Assembly (NCBI RefSeq): GCF_009914755.1
Contig: NC_060930.1
From: the human T2T-CHM13v2.0 reference genome, Homo sapiens
Length of the DNA stretch: 64,000 nucleotides
Strand: one strand, 5' to 3'
The stretch's first letter is position 1. Each line of letters starts with the position of its first letter. Below are positions 58,747 through 64,000 of the stretch, piece by piece. The notes below the pieces were generated by a model that made no database searches, had not been told where the DNA came from, and saw only the letters and a list, made by a program, of their open reading frames with translations. The translations under genes and the position numbers were made by a program.

Positions 58747-58874
58747 TCAGTAAATTTTGTTCTCACATAGGCAAGTAGCCTTGCACTTTTCCTTGAGTAA
58801 CTCATGTTCACAGCCAGCTGTATTCTTCAAGGAATCACAGTTACTTAGGAGATCTTGATACTGGCAACTATTGG
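58747..58874 (-). CDS. CRISP2: Cysteine-rich secretory protein 2 (TPX1), last coding exon (ion-channel-regulatory/ShK-like domain)
   Basis: Acceptor TTTTTGTTACAG|CC; encodes (T)[41 protein letters not shown], matching the CRISP2 C-terminus. Not shown in the ORF track. Confidence 0.97.
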
Positions 58875-59012
58875 CTGTAACAAAAACAGATTAGTTAACT
58901 CATTATCGTTTTCCTCAGTAAGAGCAAAACCATACATTCAAAGTGTGTGGGGAGGGGGTAGGAGGGAACAAACAAGTTAGCATCGCTTACACTACAATGG
59001 GTCTTTCATGTC

Positions 59013-59072
59013 TTTATGGCTGCATAGTATTCCATGGTGTATATGTGCCACATTTTCTTAATCCAGTCTATC
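59013..59072 (-). mobile_element. Isolated 60-bp L1PA fragment
   Basis: Exact reverse complement of 52791-52850. Confidence 0.85.
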
Positions 59073-59225
59073 TGGATCCAGGGACATATGAGGTGTCTTA
59101 GTTGAGCTCACTGATAAATCCATCACTCTTTAAATTCCACATTTAGTGATATGTTTCTAAAATAAATTGACCTATTTTTCCCCCTCAGCAAGCAGAATAA
59201 TATGAATGTAATTAAATCTTTCTAT

Positions 59226-59393
59226 GCCTGCACAGCCAAATATGGGAGCCATTAGCCACACAGAGGTATTTAAATTAAAATTAAAATTTTGGTTTCTTAA
59301 TCTTGTTAGCCACATTTCAAGTGTTCAAAGTGTGATTAGTAGCACATGTTGATAGAGACTCTTTCCATCATATCATAATATTGGGCAGCATGG
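59226..59393. mobile_element. MER3-like hAT-Charlie element
   Basis: ctgcacagccaaatatgggagccattagccaca...tagccacatttcaagtgttcaa...tattgggcagcatg. Confidence 0.65.
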
Positions 59394-59619
59394 CATTACA
59401 CTCCAATGCTTTTTTTGAGTAAATAATCTTTATGGGTGGATAAAAGTGTAAAACAAGGACAATACGCCCTTTTCCTTTTGATGTTTCTACTTGGATGTTC
59501 CCTAGGGACCTCAAACTCAATAAAACTCAAATTAAACTCCTTGTATTAGCTAAAAGGCTGACAATTCTCAGCAGTGATCTCCCTGCACCACCCACAATCT
59601 AAGGGAAATGAAGAAAGTT

Positions 59620-60640
59620 CATTCTTTTTCCTTCTCTTTTTCATATAGCCTGTCTTCAAGCTCACTGATTCTTCTGTTTAATGAATTCTGCTGTTGAGAC
59701 CATCTAATGTTTTTTTCAGTTTATTTATCGTATTTTTCAGCTTCAGGATTTCTGTTTTTCTAAATGTCAATCTCTTCTTCAAATTTCTCTGATAAATTTC
59801 TAAATTGTTTCTCTGTGTTTTATTGAAGTTTGTTGGGCTTCCTCCAAACAGCTATTTTGAATTCTGTACCCTAAAGATTACACATTTCCATCTTTCGAGG
59901 GCTGGTCACTGGTACTTTACTTAGTTCTCTTGATGAGGTCATATTTTCCTGAATGTTCTTGAAACTTGTGGATTACTATCTCAATATCTAGGCACTAAAG
60001 AATTAATTATCCTAGTCTTTGCAGTCTGGGCTTGTTTGTACCTGTTTTTCTTCAGAAGGCCTTCCAAGAATTTAAAGGAGCGAATAAGTCTCCTAAGATG
60101 GCAGTTATTTCATTATTAGATGATGTTCTAAACCCAGGTTTGCTGCAAACTTGGTTACGAGAAGGGTGACATGGACAATTCCCTGGATGCCACAGCTGGC
60201 ACTGTGCCTTGATGCATCTGAAGCCCATGGACTCTCAGACCAGGACAGAACCAGGGCTTGCCCAAGGCCAGCAGCTGTTATGACTTTCCAGCTACTACAA
60301 TTCATTTGGGGTCTGAGGCCATTTTAGTTGACCAGTAGTACTGGGACTTGAGTCTGTCCCACTGGGGCAGTGGATTCCTTTTTGGTGCTATGGTGGGTCT
60401 AGAGGCCCACCAATCTGGATACCAATCTGCATACCAATCTGGATTTAGGAGCTGTGGGTTTCTTACTGGTGTGTGTTTTGTTGTGGCAGGCTCAGTACTA
60501 AATCCAAGGCAGAGTACCCCACACACTTCCTTCTCTTTCCCCCAAGTGGACAGTGTCTCTCTCCCCTCTGTGTTACCTAGGGTTTATGAGAGGGGTGATG
60601 CAGGCAATCCCATGGACACAGCAGCTGATACCAGCTGATA
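59620..60640 (-). mobile_element. Old L1 5' UTR/ORF1 region fragment
   Basis: gcctgtcttcaagctcactgattctt...ttttcagcttcaggatttctg...cagtctgggcttgtttgtacctg. Confidence 0.7.
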
Positions 60641-60705
60641 CCATGACAGATGAATTCCAGACTTGTTAGCAAATAGCATTCAGCAAAATGTATAAGTATT
60701 CAACT

Positions 60706-60962
60706 ATTTTTTTCTTTTTTTTTTTTTTTGAGACAGTCTCGCTCTGTTGCCCTGGCTGGAGTGCAGTGGCCGAACTCGGCTCACTGCAATCTCCGCCTCC
60801 TGGGTTCAAGCGATTCTCCTGCCTCAGCCTCCTGAGTAGCTGGGACTACAGGCATCCACCACCACACCTGGCTCATTTTTGTATTTTTAGTAGAGATGCA
60901 GTTTCACCGTATTGGCCAGGTTGGTCTCGAACTCCTGACCTTGTGATCCGCCCACCTCTGCC
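60706..60962 (-). mobile_element. AluS, 5'-truncated
   Basis: Poly-T, gagacagtctcgctctg...ccttgtgatccgcccacctc. Confidence 0.93.
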
Positions 60963-61810
60963 TGATTTATAGCTTTGGTATCATTAATATTCTGAAATAT
61001 AGCTATATAACTGAGTCAGAAAAAATGCTTAGTAAAGGTGAATGCATTGAAGAGGTAAAAATTTCAGTGATGGTGTCAACTTTATCATTCATAATAATTT
61101 TAATAAAAGTATCCCAACTACAGAAAGCCAGCAGCTATTTTTACTTCTATTCATGGCAATTTATTAAATGAGATATATGGTATTTATTTCATTTTCTCCT
61201 TTTGCAAAAATATGTGCACAGTTTCTATGAGCCAATATTGTATATAGATTGAGTTTTGTCATAAAAATGTACACAAAACAATTATGAAATTATAGGGCAA
61301 GTAATCATTTATTAAGGCAAACACTATGATCCTAATTATACTATAAAAAAGAAGTGAGGAAATCAGCATGACAAACACATTAGCACAAATAAACAGTAAT
61401 ATTTGGCGTGCCTGTCTAGACTGAGCCATAATGTGGTCTCACACTTTAGATTTATACATTTTGATTCCTTTAAAATACCACTTTTGGTATAGTGATATGA
61501 ACTTTGAGAATTGAACTATTTACCAAAATGGTATATGGTTAATATTAAATGGCTCTGAAGAGCCACAAAAACACATTGATGATAAATATTCCATTATGTT
61601 ACATACGGCAATATGCTTTTCATTACAAATAATATGTAGCTCCTGCAGTGTGTAAAATGTTTGTTTAAGCATACTTTGTTGAATAATTTTGGGTTTTTTC
61701 ACCAATACATTATTTCAATTCATTACATTAGGAGATTTGTTAAATTATATAAAGAAAAGATAATATCAATTCTATAATAAATAATAGCAAGCTAATCACT
61801 TCAAACTTAC

Positions 61811-61899
61811 TGCATAGTCCTTTGTCACAGTCATCAGGGCAACCGGCACAAGGTGTTCCTTGTTGGTACGGGGTATTCTTTCTATTCATATTATTACCA
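61811..61899 (-). CDS. CRISP2: CRISP2 penultimate coding exon (hinge region)
   Basis: TTTCAG|T...A|GTAAGT; 89 nt; encodes GNNMNRKNTPYQQGTPCAGCPDDCDKGLC; phases fit both neighbouring exons. Confidence 0.97.
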
Positions 61900-63647
61900 C
61901 TGAAATTTGAAATACATGTCAAATATTTTTCACTTTACTGTTTATACTCTAAGGGCAGTATCAGTCATCAAATATACATAAATAGTTATTCAGGGTTTTT
62001 AGTATGTTAACAAAACTGAAAAATTACAATTCCCAATGTGTATTTCAGATAACAATCCAAATTAAGAAAATGCTTCACACATGGACATATCTTCTTGACC
62101 ATAATTTCACAGGCTGGGTAACTAAATTTGATGACAAGAGTCTGAAATTTTGAGAGTATATTCAGTGTGGCAACACTATCTTTATCTCCCATTATATTTA
62201 GTCAAATTACTAGGCAGTGTACCCCAAGGTGCCAATTAGGGGTAAAACATCCTGTAGAGGGAAAGGAGAAGATCCTAGGAGTAGCAGGTTGTGGCAGGAA
62301 ATGAATATGCAATGTTAAAATATCATTTTCCATTTGAAAAATGGAAAAAACTCCATAGTATCTCTAACAGAAACTATGAAAAATATAGCTCCAGAGTATT
62401 TTTTTCTTCCAGATGGAGGTTGCGATTTTTCAGTAGTTAGTGGTGTGTGTGTTTGTAGGAGTGTGCTTAGGAAGGTTTGTGAGCTTCTAGAGGTGGCATG
62501 TATGAGATTTTTACATTTACCAAAATGGAATATTAGTTTTTGTTATCCCAGAACTTAAAGTAAAAAAAAAAAAAAGAAAAAAAGATTAAAGAAAAGTTTT
62601 GATAAATACTGATATCCAGGATATAATAGTTTTGCAATGATTAACCATAGGATAATGATGATCATTATTCTATTGGCCATTAAATTCATTTAAAATTATG
62701 TGGGAGTCCAAATCTCAATAGACCAAGTGGGGTAAGGACCCAAGGAAGTGCAGCTGAATCTCAGTCTCTTTGCCTAGAATATAGCTGTGTGTGTATGAGC
62801 TCTTGGAAAATTGTGAAACAGATATAAAAGGATTTTAAAAGTTCTAGTTCCCTTGGCTTCCCTCATGATCTATTCCAACTGTCACTTCTGACACCTGGCT
62901 GCTGATGCTTCCCTCTGAGGGCCAGTAAGTGAGTTTGGATACATTCTCCCAGGGCCTTTCAATTCTCTCTACTTGAATCCTAATAGGTACTTTAAAGAAA
63001 ATGACTTTGGAGGTTATACTTCTCAAACTGGAATCGTACATCATCTTCGCTATCTACAGTCTCGAAACAAATCCTGTAGCTGTGCCCCCCACCGCAGCCT
63101 CCAGTAGTAAAGAATTTCAAACATTAAATTTGATATTGTGAATATCTTCTTAAAATATCCATAGGATTTATTGTGGATAACTCTAAACATATTGTTTAAT
63201 GAAGAAGCATGTTTACTGCTACAAATCAAACCTTACAAGATGGTTAAAGAGCTTTCTGTGAACAATTCTGAGAATCAGAGACTTAAGATGTTATCTTTTC
63301 TGTATTCTGAAATAAAGATGTCCTGAAAAGCCATTGAAATCCAAATGAATGAATAATTTGTAATGGTAATTGTGTGTGGTGGTGTGTGTGTGTGTGTTTT
63401 ACATAAGCAGAAGTAGGAATATTTGAGCAGAAAGGGCCAAAATCACAATCCATCTTCCATTTGCAATCTCACCAGCACCCTAAAGCATCTATACTCCTAG
63501 AGTATGAAATTAGCAAGATGTGATGATACCAATTCTAGAGAAATACATATTACACATGCTCACAGAGTAACCCTAAGCTGAGGGAAGGCCAATTGAAAGA
63601 AAAGACATTATTCTGTTAATGAGGAATGAGAGCTTCAGTTTTTATAC

Positions 63648-63752
63648 CTGAAAGTGAGAAGTTGTTCTCCTCTGAGAAGTTGAAAGTGTCTCAACCTTAA
63701 AAAACATTTCCAAACGTTTATCCCCTCCCTTTTATTGAGATATGTTTTCATT
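63648..63752 (-). CDS. CRISP2: Candidate alternative in-frame CRISP2 cassette exon (105 nt)
   Basis: CCAG|A...CAG|GTATAA; phase 2/2, stop-free; adds MKTYLNKREGINVWKCFLRLRHFQLLRGEQLLTFS. Confidence 0.6.
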
Positions 63753-63831
63753 CTGGTTTAAGATATGAGAATTATTAAAAAATAAATTGCAGATAGAATT
63801 ATTGCCATTAAACTCTAAACAGTCTACTTAC

Positions 63832-63929
63832 GCAGGACAATATTGGCAAACATAGTAGTATTTTAGACTATCTTGATTGGGACAGTAGGCAATTCCACAG
63901 CCTACCTGGTAAGTCGAGTACCAAACAAG
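63832..63929 (-). CDS. CRISP2: CRISP2 coding exon (end of CAP/SCP domain)
   Basis: TTTGCAG|CTT...GC|GTAAGT; 98 nt; encodes [32 protein letters not shown](A). Spliced to the next exon it gives the CRISP family signature [12 protein letters not shown]. Confidence 0.97.
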
Positions 63930-64000
63930 CTGCAAATTAACAATGGAATAAATATATAAAAGTACATTAGAGAAGATGAAAAATATTTAAAAAAGTAGCA

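Noticed and set aside
61740-61922. 60-aa ORF with a hydrophobic tail suggesting a membrane-anchored CRISP2
   Set aside because: It is the real 89-nt exon plus read-through into intron past a consensus GTAAGT donor; the hydrophobic tail reflects T-rich intron sequence.

Overview
AT-rich, repeat-dense primate sequence, almost certainly human. It spans the ~55 kb interval between two minus-strand genes that are neighbours on human chr6p12. At the left is exon 1 and the promoter of RHAG (Rh-associated glycoprotein; CDS 2668-2824). At the right are the last three coding exons and 3' UTR of CRISP2/TPX1 (63832-63929, 61811-61899, 58747-58874; AATAAA at 58352-58357). The intergenic part is mostly Alu, L1, L2, MIR, LTR and DNA-transposon fossils plus simple repeats, and nearly all ORF-track entries are repeat-derived or spurious. 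I found no evidence for a wholly new multi-gene system. The most notable observations are: (1) a tailless 5'-half tRNA-Gly(CCC) retro-insertion with a target-site duplication (TSD) inside an LTR; (2) a compact erythroid enhancer-like cluster with two CTG-N8-WGATAA composites ~9.7 kb upstream of RHAG; (3) an in-frame 105-nt CRISP2 cassette exon that splits the CAP signature; (4) several unusual insertion scars (possible 3' transduction, twin-priming inversions, an orphan 60-bp L1 patch); and (5) a nested inverted-repeat mosaic. Repeat subfamily names come from recalled consensus sequences and repeat boundaries are approximate unless a TSD is given.
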